A stretch of DNA of 63,866 nucleotides, filler included, from Octopus bimaculoides (GCF_001194135.2; 6 parts of 5 records of this genome joined end to end with filler, not necessarily neighbours in it); one strand, 5' to 3'; counted from the whole stretch's first letter, positions 11,600 to 24,795 are shown. Notes: a model not told the origin generated them from the sequence alone. Numbers and translations are program-made.

Positions 11600-11960
11600 C
11601 ACTTTACCCCTAGCCTCCCAACAAAGAAACAGGGATATCTTAATGTTATATGCCTCGTATCCCACGTCTCACAGTAGAATCTAATTAAGCAAGAGATTTA
11701 TTCACTCTAATAAACAAACATTTCCTTCACAATCATAGCTATAGAAAATTTTTTTCAACAAACCCTACCGAAAAGTTAACTACAAATGCACAACGATCAC
11801 GAAATATATATCACATACAAACACACATCAACAAAACTGGAAACCCTGGTTCATGTAAGAATCCAAATATATTCCCAAATGGCAAATCCTTCAAAGCAGA
11901 TGTAATAATTTAAGAAGCATCGTTAAACTCAGTAGATACTTATAAATAGAAACCGAGCTC
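11600..11960 (+). mobile_element. Decayed Penelope-like element ORF fragment (RT to GIY-YIG linker)
   Basis: Frameshifted reading LTVESN.SKRF.TLINKHFLHNHSYRKFF.TN...KL, then a Cys-motif-like SCKNPNI.P.GK...ADVI..EAS; recognised from recalled family consensus. Confidence 0.55.
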
Positions 11961-12543
11961 CTAGATAAAGGATGGAAGCGAAAGAATAACGTAAAGTTAA
12001 AAAGAGGCTAAAGCGAATACTTGTAATATAAAAGAAAGCATTTAAGACCTATTAATCATAGGAAACAGTAAAATAAACCTCAAAAATTGTTAGTTGCAAA
12101 AAATAAATTGGGTCGTATCAGTTGTTTCTAATTATAGGAGCTAAAGATTCCGAATTAAGCAAGATCAGTTACCAATTATAATTTTACTATGTTATCAAAT
12201 GAAAACATCGAAAGATGTTTAAGGCTTATTAAATTATAAGTTTAGGTAATTAAAATAATGATGAAAATATAATAAAGAGCAGTAAAGTGAAAACATTCAT
12301 CGTTAAAGGTTGTCTTGATTTAGGGAATTCTGAAAGTAAAGCAAAATATATATCACTATGTGAATTAAAATAAGAAAGGTTAGTATTTTCTGAAGGATAC
12401 TGGTGGCTGATTGAAAGAACGATGGAGCTGATAAAAGAAAATAACTGGAGCGGAAAGATATTTGAATTATATTAGTTAAATAAAGTAATTGTTTTCAAAT
12501 ACGGGAAGTGTGGAAGATATTAAAGATGAAGAGCAGGAGGGTT

Positions 12544-12544
<1 letters not shown>

Positions 12545-12626
<82 letters not shown>
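12545..12626. repeat. (GA)n microsatellite at gap edge
   Basis: Directly visible. Confidence 0.95.
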
Positions 12627-13150
12627 NNNNNNNNNNNNNNNNNNNNNNNNNNNNNNNNNNNNNNNNNNNNNNNNNNNNNNNNNNNNNNNNNNNNNNNNNN
12701 NNNNNNNNNNNNNNNNNNNNNNNNNNNNNNNNNNNNNNNNNNNNNNNNNNNNNNNNNNNNNNNNNNNNNNNNNNNNNNNNNNNNNNNNNNNNNNNNNNNN
12801 NNNNNNNNNNNNNNNNNNNNNNNNNNNNNNNNNNNNNNNNNNNNNNNNNNNNNNNNNNNNNNNNNNNNNNNNNNNNNNNNNNNNNNNNNNNNNNNNNNNN
12901 NNNNNNNNNNNNNNNNNNNNNNNNNNNNNNNNNNNNNNNNNNNNNNNNNNNNNNNNNNNNNNNNNNNNNNNNNNNNNNNNNNNNNNNNNNNNNNNNNNNN
13001 NNNNNNNNNNNNNNNNNNNNNNNNNNNNNNNNNNNNNNNNNNNNNNNNNNNNNNNNNNNNNNNNNNNNNNNNNNNNNNNNNNNNNNNNNNNNNNNNNNNN
13101 NNNNNNNNNNNNNNNNNNNNNNNNNNNNNNNNNNNNNNNNNNNNNNNNNN

Positions 13151-13182
<32 letters not shown>

Positions 13183-13921
13183 TATACATGTACATATGTA
13201 TGTATGCATATACAAATATACACGTTTATATATATAAATATACGTATATATAAGTGCGTGTGTGTATATAAAGATATATGTATATGCATATAGATATATG
13301 TGTGTGTGTATATATATATATATATGTGTTGAAAGATAGATAAATAGAAATAATACCAGTTATTATTTGAAAGTAAGAATGAGTGAATAAGCCGTCAGCC
13401 GAAACATAAAGTTCTTGCCAGCACGAAGTTTACAGCTTATATTCAAATAAATATACATGCAAGCTCCCACACACATAGATTATATGCATATACATGCTTA
13501 CATACATAAATTCATACATACACGCACTCACACACATATATATATACATGTATGTCTGTGTAACACGCACACATACGCATACACATTCACACGCATACTC
13601 ACACATTCACACATAGATATGTCTGTATGGTGAGAGAGAAACATGGGTGTGGAGGGCAGACAAAAGCGGCAGGGTGGGATTTAGAAACATGCAGAAAAGG
13701 TTGGGTGGCGGGTGGCGGCTGTGAGTTTATAAGCGCCATTGAAGAAAAGCTACTCTGACGGCTGACATTCAGATTTCTGGAACTGAATGCTTTGGACTCT
13801 TTTAGAAGGATTCCATTTGAACACCACGAACCTTTCTGTGCGGAAGCTTCAGCTGAACTAACTCAACCGTACCTTTGACGTTCATTATTGTCATTGACAC
13901 AACCATTTATAACTACCATCG

Positions 13922-13958
<37 letters not shown>

Positions 13959-14039
13959 GCTGTTGTTGTTTATGTTTTATTGTTCTCGTTGCTGCTATCG
14001 TCGCAACTATTTATAATTCTTTTATTGTTTTACTTGGTT

Positions 14040-14205
14040 CAGTCATTTTTGACTGCGGCCATGCTGGAGCACAAGCCTTTTAAATCGAACGAATCGACTC
14101 CAGTACTCGTTCTTTGTAAGCCTAGTACTTATTCTATCGGGTTTCTTTTGCCGCGCCGCTATGTTACGGGGACATAAACACACCAACATCGGTTGTCAAG
14201 CGATG

Positions 14206-14268
<63 letters not shown>

Positions 14269-14480
14269 TACGACGGGCTTCTTTCAGTTTCCGTCTCCCA
14301 AATCCACTCACAAGGCTTTGGTTTGCCCGAGGCTATAGTAGAAGACACTTGCCCAAGGTGCCAAGCAGTGGGACTGAATCCGGAACCATGTGGTTGGGAA
14401 GCAAGCTACTTACCACAGAGCCACGCCTGCACCTGCCACAGAGCCACGCCTGCGCCTTACCACAGAGCCGCTCCTGCGCC
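14040..14480 (-). mobile_element. tRNA-headed SINE family B, full length, internal (CA)n, triplicated 5' end
   Basis: Head ggcgcaggagcggctctgtggtaa, B-box ggattcagtccc, core gcaccttgggcaagtgtcttctactatagcctcgggc, (TG)n at ~14208-14264, tail ending ccgcagtcaaaaatgactgaa. Confidence 0.88.
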
Positions 14481-14939
14481 TTATAAGCATTATTTTTATT
14501 TATTACCGTTATTGCTGTTATCGTCTCGGTCAAGCGTAGTCAAAATGTCTGACGTCTGGAATGTTGTCAGATGCTCTCTCCACAGCGCCCTCTAACAGTC
14601 GGGCAAATATCCCAAAGTAATTTCGACGTTAGCTTTCTATAAAGAATAGTGGCAGTGGCGACGGTGGTGAACAGCGATGACATTCTCGGCGAACTTTCGA
14701 CATTGACGAGAATTAACTGGATGGTCCGTTCAGGAGGGGAGGGTTTATAGCTTTCTGAAATCTTTGGCCTGGCAGTGCTATCGGGAAGCATACTTTTCGA
14801 GACAAATTCTACAGGCACAGAATTGCTACCAACCACGCTTCTCCAAAGCGGCGAAACAATTCTGCAGGTTTTCTTTCAGTGACCAAGCATTGCTGACTGG
14901 AAGACTTATGTTCAATAACTTATATTATCGAATCCATAT

Positions 14940-15140
14940 TATTTTGGTTTGGCTCAGGTTCTGTGTTATCCCTGGTAGGGATTATGTGGATAGCGGGTGA
15001 CTACCTGTAACCTTAGGTACCCACAAGTTTCCAGCAGTCTTTCAAGTGCTTAGAACCCTCCTGATAATCCTTGCTGTTCCTAAGAGACAAACTTCCTGTA
15101 GGAGCTCTACTGGGCATTCTCTTTCAATCTCCTTCAACCA
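14940..15140 (-). mobile_element. R4/Dong non-LTR retrotransposon 3' end (subfamily iii)
   Basis: Reverse reading WLKEIERECPVELLQEVCLLGTARIIRRVLST*, the C-terminal motif of RLE-type R4/Dong ORFs, followed by a 3' UTR. Confidence 0.75.
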
Positions 15141-15276
15141 CTTAATTTATCGACTCCGAAATTGATGAGAAGCAAAGTCGAACCCGCCGGAATTTGAACT
15201 CAGAACGGAGCGGCAGACGAAATACCACCAGGCATTTTGCCCGGCGAGTTAGCGATTCTGCCAGCTTGCTGCCTTC
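15141..15276 (-). mobile_element. SINE family A 5' half
   Basis: Reverse strand gaaggcagcaagctggcagaatcgctaac...ctgagttcaaattccggcggg. Confidence 0.8.
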
Positions 15277-15283
15277 ATATCAG

Positions 15284-15444
<161 letters not shown>

Positions 15445-15567
15445 TTGATAATAATAATAGTAATCCTTATTATTTCAATTTTTTTCCACAAGGGCAGCTT
15501 GGAGGATGTTGGGGTGAGTCGAATTTGACCTCAGATAAGTACCAGTTGAGTATAGTAGTAGTAGTAA

Positions 15568-15598
<31 letters not shown>

Positions 15599-15599
<1 letters not shown>

Positions 15600-15792
15600 A
15601 GGAGGCGAGCAGGTAGCAGACTTTATTGCGGATATCGGCCAGAAAGCTTTTTTATATTCTGAGTTCAAATTCACCTCCGGGAATGATTGTTGCCTTTCAT
15701 CATTTTAATGCTGATAAAAATAAGTACCACTGAGGCATAGGGGTTAGTTTAATTAACTATGCTCTCCATCATTATGCGTAGCTTGTGTGCCA
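15599..15792 (+). mobile_element. Old SINE family A copy
   Basis: aaggaggcgagc...ttctgagttcaaattc...gcctttcatc...taagtacc. Confidence 0.6.
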
Positions 15793-16036
15793 CTTAGCAG
15801 CCCTTAATTAAGCCACGAGAACACGTGTTGCCAGTTTTCTACGAACCAAGAAAATACAAAATTCTCATCAATCATATGAAAATACATCACATGCATATGC
15901 ACACACATACACACACACATATACACATACACATGCACAAATTGCATAGGGTCGAATTTAAGTGTAATAATCTAGGTTGCTGATACATTAGGGTTCACTC
16001 GTTCCTGGTTCCCTCCTCACTTCACAACAAACATTC

Positions 16037-16129
<93 letters not shown>

Positions 16130-16295
16130 TTAAAACGCTGACAGCTACGCTCTACATATGTTTTAAACATCAATATATGGAACGCTACTATAAAAATAAT
16201 CAACAACACGAAAGATAAATTTAACCTTTGCTGAAAATATCCTTCCTGTAGCATCTTGCGAGCATTTGCCGTCAACACAATTTATTATTATTATT

Positions 16296-16457
<162 letters not shown>

Positions 16458-17316
16458 NNNNNNNNNNNNNNNNNNNNNNNNNNNNNNNNNNNNNNNNNNN
16501 NNNNNNNNNNNNNNNNNNNNNNNNNNNNNNNNNNNNNNNNNNNNNNNNNNNNNNNNNNNNNNNNNNNNNNNNNNNNNNNNNNNNNNNNNNNNNNNNNNNN
16601 NNNNNNNNNNNNNNNNNNNNNNNNNNNNNNNNNNNNNNNNNNNNNNNNNNNNNNNNNNNNNNNNNNNNNNNNNNNNNNNNNNNNNNNNNNNNNNNNNNNN
16701 NNNNNNNNNNNNNNNNNNNNNNNNNNNNNNNNNNNNNNNNNNNNNNNNNNNNNNNNNNNNNNNNNNNNNNNNNNNNNNNNNNNNNNNNNNNNNNNNNNNN
16801 NNNNNNNNNNNNNNNNNNNNNNNNNNNNNNNNNNNNNNNNNNNNNNNNNNNNNNNNNNNNNNNNNNNNNNNNNNNNNNNNNNNNNNNNNNNNNNNNNNNN
16901 NNNNNNNNNNNNNNNNNNNNNNNNNNNNNNNNNNNNNNNNNNNNNNNNNNNNNNNNNNNNNNNNNNNNNNNNNNNNNNNNNNNNNNNNNNNNNNNNNNNN
17001 NNNNNNNNNNNNNNNNNNNNNNNNNNNNNNNNNNNNNNNNNNNNNNNNNNNNNNNNNNNNNNNNNNNNNNNNNNNNNNNNNNNNNNNNNNNNNNNNNNNN
17101 NNNNNNNNNNNNNNNNNNNNNNNNNNNNNNNNNNNNNNNNNNNNNNNNNNNNNNNNNNNNNNNNNNNNNNNNNNNNNNNNNNNNNNNNNNNNNNNNNNNN
17201 NNNNNNNNNNNNNNNNNNNNNNNNNNNNNNNNNNNNNNNNNNNNNNNNNNNNNNNNNNNNNNNNNNNNNNNNNNTCATCATCATTGTCATCATCATCATC
17301 ATCATCATCGACATTC

Positions 17317-17645
17317 AGGTGGCAAGCTGCCAGAATCGTTAGCACACTGGACGAAATGCTTAGCGGTATTTCGCCTGTCGCTCCTTTCTGAGTTCAAATT
17401 CCGCCGGGGTCGACTTTGCCTTTCATCCTTTCGGGGTCGATAAGTTAAGTAGCAGTGAAACGCTGGGGTCGATGTAGTCGACTATTCTCCCCCCTGCCCC
17501 ATCAACCAAATTTCAGGCCTTGTGTTTATAGTAGAAAAATATCATTACTACATTCCGACTTTATATTCTGATTTCAAATTACTACTGAGACGATGAGCGA
17601 ACCACATTCCGCAACGTTTCAGACCTTGTGCCTATAACAGAAAAG
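17317..17645 (+). mobile_element. Two tandem SINE family A copies (second partial)
   Basis: aggtggcaagctgccagaatcgttagc...aaatttcaggccttgtg tail, then a second ttctgatttcaaatt...tttcagaccttgtgcctataacagaaaagatta. Confidence 0.75.
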
Positions 17646-19323
17646 ATTACTTGTAGGTCACAGAGACTGCTGTTCTCAGTGTACTCTCGGCTGCAGCTCT
17701 GGAAATGTGAGAAGTGATTGCTTTAACCTTAATCTCAGATGACAACGATCAGGGATTTCCCTGTCTCAACCATAGCCAGGAGCACTACGTGACCGCAGTT
17801 GTCATGTGACGATAAGAAGATGGACTATATCAGAAATCAATAATTCTTTAAACATGTTTTTATTGTTTACGTTTTTCCTTAACTGTCTTTGTTGTAAAAC
17901 GCAGGCTCGCTTTGTAACTGGCGGTGTTTGTGATGCTGTGATCCTGAGTGAGATTTTGTCTATTGAACAGACTTTCATTTGCAATCAATTGGCGGAATGT
18001 GGCACAATGAAACAAGCATAAAAGCAGGCATTAAGGATTTAGAAAGTCGTGACTACACCTCATTTCAGTTGTTCGACTTATGCGTATCATGAAAATANNN
18101 NNNNNNNNNNNNNNNNNNNNNNNNNNNNNNNNNNNNNNNNNNNNNNNNNNNNNNNNNNNNNNNNNNNNNNNNNNNNNNNNNNNNNNNNNNNNNNNNNNNN
18201 NNNNNNNNNNNNNNNNNNNNNNNNNNNNNNNNNNNNNNNNNNNNNNNNNNNNNNNNNNNNNNNNNNNNNNNNNNNNNNNNNNNNNNNNNNNNNNNNNNNN
18301 NNNNNNNNNNNNNNNNNNNNNNNNNNNNNNNNNNNNNNNNNAGTCGTGACTACACCTCATTTCAGTTGTTCGACTTATGCGTATCATGAAAATATATGGC
18401 CTTTTACTTTTCGTCTTTGTTTCTTTTTAATTCCCATGTCAACCTTAATAGTGCAAATAATCTATAACAGATAGTGACTTCATCGAACGAGTCTAGTCTC
18501 CATATCGACCCGTTGCTTCCCAGCTACCATGCATTTACCTAATAAAAAGCTATAATGCGTTCGCATTGTTATAGTAGTGATGGTTGCAGCAGTCGATTTT
18601 CTGATCAGACCAAGGAAGCTATGTTTCCATTGTTTTGTTTTTTTTCAAATTATTGATGTTATCTGTCGACCGCAACTCTTTACAGATGCGTCACTGTTTT
18701 GCAGTGACGGAGGATGAGGTTTGCACTCAGAGCCAGACAGAAACTGGAACGTATCGGTGCGATGCTCCAATAATTTCACCAACTCACAGCTTTGAACTGG
18801 CAATGGTTTTCTTTTTATCGACCACGAAAAGATGAAAAACATAATTCACCGCTTTGTAATTTAAAATTCGAACAATGAGAATCGGTGCAAACACACCGAG
18901 AGGTATTCCACCGGGTTGATCCAGGGGACGTTGAAGAAAAATGGGGCGATAATGAGGTGAATGAAGAGACTGGATAACGAGAGTCTTAAAAAAGAAAAGA
19001 AACGAAGGACAACCATGAACGAGATGGTGGGTTAAACTCGATAAATATTAGGGAAATGGCGAATAAGGTACTAAGAAGAAACACATAGAGCGTCTCTGTC
19101 AAGCTGTGCGAGGGACAAGGCTGGTTTGATTGATTGATATTATAAAGATATTATTAAATTCAAATTACGATAAACGTAAACAAACAAACGAAGTTTGCTT
19201 TAGAAGCGTTGAGATGTCTTAGAAAGTTAAAGAAGTGATTTTAAATTCTCAAACGTAGGATAATGTTAATAATATAGCCTGAACAGGATAAACTACCCCT
19301 ATCTTGCAGAAAAAAGTGTTGGC

Positions 19324-19385
19324 GGCCGGCTATGAGACTTGAACTCACACCTCCGTGATTACGGGTCGCGGTGCTCTAAACCATT
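19324..19385 (-). pseudogene. Decayed tRNA gene or tRNA-like element (Thr-CGT-like loop), 5' part lost
   Basis: Reverse strand tggtttagagcaccgcga-cccgtaa-tcacggaggtgtgagttcaagtctcatagccggcc: anticodon and T arms pair; T6 terminator at 19310-19315; no 5' acceptor strand. Confidence 0.6.
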
Positions 19386-19924
19386 ATAGTTTTAGAAGAG
19401 GACGTTAGGCAACACCTGTAACAAGGGAGCAAATCATGGTTCCTTCAGTTCAGCGGTTTCTTTCTGTCAATCCGCCGACTCACTACTGCGCATTATTCAT
19501 AAAACAAAATGGTGGACACACTTCTTAAAGCCCCCCCCACACACACACACACGCACATACAAAATAGCTTTTATTTCTTGCACGTCTATGCTGAGTATTG
19601 TAACAATCGAACAGATTAGACCGCAGATAAAGAAAAGATAACATCGGATTATGTTGATTAATTTATACAAAAGGAAGTACGTAGAAACAGTTGCTAGCTA
19701 GTGGCGCCATAGCTATGGGAGGAAAAGATTCTAGCAATTGAAAACAAAACAAAACAGATGAGCTAAGTGTATAGGAAATGTCCTGCGATGAGACTGGACA
19801 GGCCTTGAGGTGGAATATGTCGATATTGAGGAGTTTTCTCATTTTCTCAGGCGTAAATAAAATCTACGTCAGAGAACACTCGACAATTTTTTCATCACCA
19901 ATAACAATAATAATAATGATGGGT

Positions 19925-20250
19925 TCAAATTTTTCCACAAGGGCAGCAGTTTTTTGTGGGAGGGGATGAGGCGATTACATCGAACCAAGTGTTCAAGTGA
20001 TTCTTATTTTATCGACCCCGAAAGGATGAAAAGCAAAGTCGACCTCAATAATAATAATGATAATAATTCTTTTTACTCTAGGTACAAGGCCTGAAATTTT
20101 GGTGGGAGAGATTACAGCGATCACATCGATCCCAGTACTCAACTGGTACTTAACGTATCGACCCCGAAAGGATGAAAGGCAAAGCCGACCTCGGTGGAAT
20201 TTGAACTCAGATTGTAAAAGTGGACGAAATGCCGCTATGCGTTTTGCTCG
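19925..20250 (-). mobile_element. Two tandem SINE family A copies separated by (AAT)n
   Basis: atcgaccccgaaaggatgaaa.gcaaag.cgacctc occurs twice. Confidence 0.8.
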
Positions 20251-20544
20251 GCGTGCTAACATCTATAAAACTTCTGACACCCAGAAAAGCAGACTCTGTA
20301 GAAAGAGTGTGGAAAATGTGAGCCACTAGGTAAGTGGATGTGAGAGCCTTGCACAAAAGAGAAAAAAAATACAAGCGCCGCCACGATAAAGTGTGTGTGT
20401 GTATCTTCATTGGCTCTTATGCCGCAAATACCAACATGAAGTAACAGAGAACTGGTATGAGCATGTAAAGTTATGCAGTAACGATACTCTGGGGCCTCTG
20501 AAGTAACGTTATTCGACAGGGCTCTCAGTTTGGAGGTAGCTGAA

Positions 20545-20780
20545 GTGCGTAGCTTAGTGGTTAGGGTGTTGGACTCATGATCATAAGATTGTGGTTTTGA
20601 TTCCTGGACCAGGTGACGCGTTGTGTTCTTGAGCAAAGCACTTGATTTCACGTTACTGCAGTCCGGCCAAAATGAGTAACCCTGTGACGGACCGGCGTCC
20701 GTACAGGTGGGGAATATATAAGCCATGGAAACCGGGAAACCGACCCTTATGATTTGACATGGCTCGTGAAGGAAACTTGT
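20545..20780 (+). mobile_element. tRNA-headed SINE, family C-type head and core
   Basis: cgtagcttagtggttagggtgttggactcatgatc...ttgattcctggacc...ttgtgttcttgagcaaagcacttgatttcacgtt. Confidence 0.75.
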
Positions 20781-20864
20781 TTTTAAAACTAGCTTGGAGG
20801 CCTCTCCAAGTCGAGCAGCTCCGCATTGAGAAATCACATTTTCAGTACTAAGATGTGATTAAAA

Positions 20865-21050
20865 TATCACAGGAAAGTATCGCAAGACGGATTCTTCAAA
20901 CCAAATCAAACGGCAGAAGACCTAGGGAGTAGACCAAATATGAGCTGGTTGGATAATGTCCATAGATCCAGTTGATCACGTTTAGGGAGTCAACCAGAAA
21001 GCGTCATTGTAGTTGCTTTTGGTAGGACCCTACGAAGGCGAGTGATACAT
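20865..21050 (+). mobile_element. RTE-clade LINE 3' coding fragment
   Basis: Reading ESIARRILQTKSNGRRPR(G)RPNMSWLDNV...RLGSQPESVIVVA; GRRPRGRP..W.D is typical of RTE C-termini. Confidence 0.65.
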
Positions 21051-21074
21051 CTTTACTTCGAAAATAATGAACTG

Positions 21075-21880
21075 CACAGAGTACGAAACATGATTTTAAA
21101 AAATTGGGAAGGAATATTATAGACGCATTAGGTTAAAGAAGAATATTATAGACGCATTAGGTTAAAACAGCTAAATGCCAAAAATAAGGTAATAGGTATG
21201 AAAATATAGTTGCACCAGTAATGAGTTATAATTTCAACATTCCCAGCTTGAAGCTAAGCAAATTAGCAAGACTAGACAGGGTAAGAAGAAAAATAATAAC
21301 TACACTTATAAAACATCACCCAAAGCCGACATAGAAAGATTATATTAACCGCGAATACAGGGAGGTATGGACCTTCTGCAAGTAGAATATTATTATAAAA
21401 TATCTATTGTGGAAGCTATAACAGATGAACAAAATAAAAATAAACTTGCTTCGTGAGGGAGCCAACAAATATAAAGTTATTGGCTTAAGTAGCAAATTAC
21501 GAAAAGAAACTAAAAACTAAATTAAAAATCGGACGACGAAATCTCATGCTAAGATATTGGCAAGAGAAGAAGTACCTGTATGGGATATCAAGGCAAGGCA
21601 AAGCGGAAACAGATAGAGAAAAAATAAACAAGAGAATTTGAGAAGTCTGGGACTGAAAATTAAAACCGAAAGATTTTGTTTTGATCTCACCACAAGACCA
21701 GAAACTTCCCACCAGATACTTCCAAAAACTTATAAGGAAGCAGAATAAACAATGTTGGTGTAGAATGAGTAGAGGCTGTGATGAAATGATCACAATATTT
21801 CAATCTACACATGTCTTAGTGAAAACAGAGTGTATATATTAAGTAGACGTGACAGAATTGGAGATTTTTATAAAGGGAAT
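21075..21880 (+). mobile_element. Decayed R4/Dong fragment (RT thumb to zinc knuckle), with internal 31-bp tandem duplication
   Basis: KIGKEYYRRIRL..QLNAKNKVIG, HHPKADIERLY, SPQDQKLPTRYFQK motifs with frameshifts. Confidence 0.7.
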
Positions 21881-21914
21881 AATATAACAGTGGCCTTTCA
21901 TTTTTTACTTGTTT

Positions 21915-22147
21915 CATGCATTTGACTGAGGCCGTGCTGGAGCACTACCTTAAAGGGTTTAGTCGAACAAATCAACCTCAGTACTAAATATTTTAAGTCA
22001 GGTACTTATTCCATTGGTGTCTTTTACCGAACCGCTAGGTTACGGAAACGTAAGTAAAACGACACCAGTTTAACACCAGTTGTCAAGCGATGGTAGGAGT
22101 CAAACATAGATACAAACACAAAGACACACACATACCTATGCACACAA

Positions 22148-22178
<31 letters not shown>

Positions 22179-22395
22179 AATACACACATATACACACACA
22201 CAAACAAATACACACATATACACACATAACTGTAGAACTTCTTTCAATTGCTCTCTATCAAATCAACTTACAAGGTATAGACCGGTCCACGGACTATAGT
22301 AAAAGACAGTGTCACAAGGTGCCGCGCAGTGTCACTGGACCCAAGATCACATGCTTTGAAAGTAAACTGCTTAACCACACTGCCATACCTGCGCC
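21915..22395 (-). mobile_element. SINE family B, full length with internal (CA)n
   Basis: Same modules as 14040-14480. Confidence 0.8.
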
Positions 22396-23539
22396 TAGAG
22401 GGGACAGTCATACAAAAGAGGTACGACACCCCTACATTTTACATAGTAAAAATGTTCCTGCTATGACCAAGAAAGAAAATCTCTCCGACATAATTGTCAA
22501 AGACTAACAGATAAAGAAACAGTTTGTAATCAACATTGTCACTTGGACTAAGGCGGCGAGCTAGCAGAAATGTTGTCCTTTCTATTCCATTTTGTCTTTT
22601 TGCAGTATGTAATCCTATCTGCGCATGCGTTTACGTCTGTACTTGTGTGTGTGTATGTCTATGTGTTTGGAATATGTATGTATGTATGCTAGATGTACGT
22701 ATATGGGTTTGTATATCTCCATCATCAAATATAACAATTCATAAATTTTATACGAAATGCTAAAAACTACAGGGTCCTTAATCGAGTAGATTAAAAACTT
22801 GTAGCAAAATAAACCCAACCGCAAAATACAGCTGACTTGGAGTACTGTCAAAAGAATCTGTGATTAATTATTTAGCACTGCAACAGACTAATTATTGGGA
22901 TTTAAGACTCTCTTGTCATGAATTACTGGATAAAGATGTTTTCACTCTCGGAATATAAAGTAAACATCCAGTGAGAAAACTCTCAACATCCTCAAATAAC
23001 CGAATTATGACGTCAAAGAAATGAACTGTAACCGATGAGAATTCGAAACCGAATCGGAGCCACAACTCGTGGGAAAACTACACCGCTAACTGCATGGCAC
23101 TTGCCAAAATAGAAGATACGATAACGAATTTTCGTCTATATGCTGCTTATAAACCAAGCATACCATATTTATAGGCATGTGTAAGTAGACGGAGCATTAG
23201 GAAGTGTGTATACTGCTGAGTGAATAAATTATAATATATAATGACGTAAGTGAATATCATTATAATATTTCATGAAGCAGCTGAAAGAAAGATACTTTAT
23301 CTAACATTACAACAATAATAAATAAATAAAAATATAGAGATAGTAACTAAAGTTTGTGCAAATTATAGTTACAACCAGCAATCGTGAAAATTCCTAGGTT
23401 ATTTTGAAAAGTCTAAGATTGTTGGGAATTTGTGAAGTAACTTGAAATGGTGTTAAATATAAGTAATACCGAAGTCGCATGCGTCGGAGAGAACACAGTT
23501 AAAGACTACCTCTTACCTTTTCCTTATATCTTTTCCTTG

Positions 23540-23830
23540 GCTCAATCGTTCGACTGCGCCCATGCTGGGGCAACATTTTGGGGAGTTTAGTCAAACAAAT
23601 CGAACCCATTATTTATTAATTCGTCTTAAACACGGGCGTTTATTCCATCCTTCACTTTTGTAGAAGCTGCAGAGTTACAGGGACGTAAACAATTCAACAC
23701 CGGTTCTCAGACGATGGGAGGAGGAGGATATGCATAAACACAAACACAAAGAAATCCACATACCCACACGACTAGCTTCCCCATAGTTTCCGTCTACTTT
23801 ATTCAATCACAAGGCATTGGTCGGCCCGGC
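23540..23830 (-). mobile_element. SINE family B, old copy (3' two-thirds)
   Basis: gactgcgcccatgctgg...tttagtcaaacaaatcgaaccc...gttacagggacgtaaac...caaggcattggtcggcccgg. Confidence 0.7.
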
Positions 23831-23858
23831 ACCAAGCCATTTTTGCACNNNNNNNNNN

Positions 23859-23927
<69 letters not shown>

Positions 23928-24399
23928 AGATAATCAACATTCCATATAATAAACAATGGTAAAAGAATATTTATGACTAAAACCAAAAGTCCGAAAAGAA
24001 ACCGCAAATAATATTACCGCTACCACAAAAATAACAACTTCCGCTTTAAGAGCACGTGTGTTTGAAAAGGTTTAATGAAAGCGTTCATACACTAGAAAAA
24101 AACTTCTTCCCCAAAAAGGTTAGTAACATCCTCATAACAGATTTCATAACATTTAAGAATAAAGAGAGGTTCCCTTCTGGTAAATAACGCAGTATTCCGT
24201 GTTCTAACACAACATCCATTTTGAAGTGGGGATAAATAATACCTTTTGGTATTAGTACTGCTTCTGTTGCTAATAATTAGTACATATATTAATATATATA
24301 ATAGCAAACTTGGCACCCAACTGGAATTGAAGCTGCAGTTCCTCAGTGAACGAAGTACAGTATCTGCTTCACTGGCATGTGAAATCCCATCCCAAATAT

Positions 24400-24438
<39 letters not shown>

Positions 24439-24795
24439 TACACACGCGCAAAAACACACACACACACAAACACACACATACACCACACACAAACAAACAC
24501 AAACACACAAACAAACACAAACACACAAACAAACACACACAAAGACACACACAAACTCATACACACAAACACACACACACATAGACACAAACACACACAC
24601 AAACACATACACACACAGAAACAAACACACATACACACACACGGAAACACACACACACACACACAAACACAGACACGCACAAAGATACACTCACAAACAC
24701 ACAGAGACACGTACACAAACAAACGCGCGCGCGCGCAAACACACACACACANNNNNNNNNNNNNNNNNNNNNNNNNNNNNNNNNNNNNNNNNNNN

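Noticed and set aside
13690-13780. GC-box plus tttataag promoter-like stretch
   Set aside because: Short motifs expected by chance; no downstream exon or ORF support.
18042-18395. ~55-bp direct repeat flanking a gap (agtcgtgactacacc...catgaaaata)
   Set aside because: Identical copies on both edges of an N run indicate overlapping contig ends, not a TSD or CRISPR-like repeat.
18549-18575. Small hairpin ctataatgcg-tt-cgcattgttatag after aataaa
   Set aside because: Short, bulged and AT-rich; compatible with chance.
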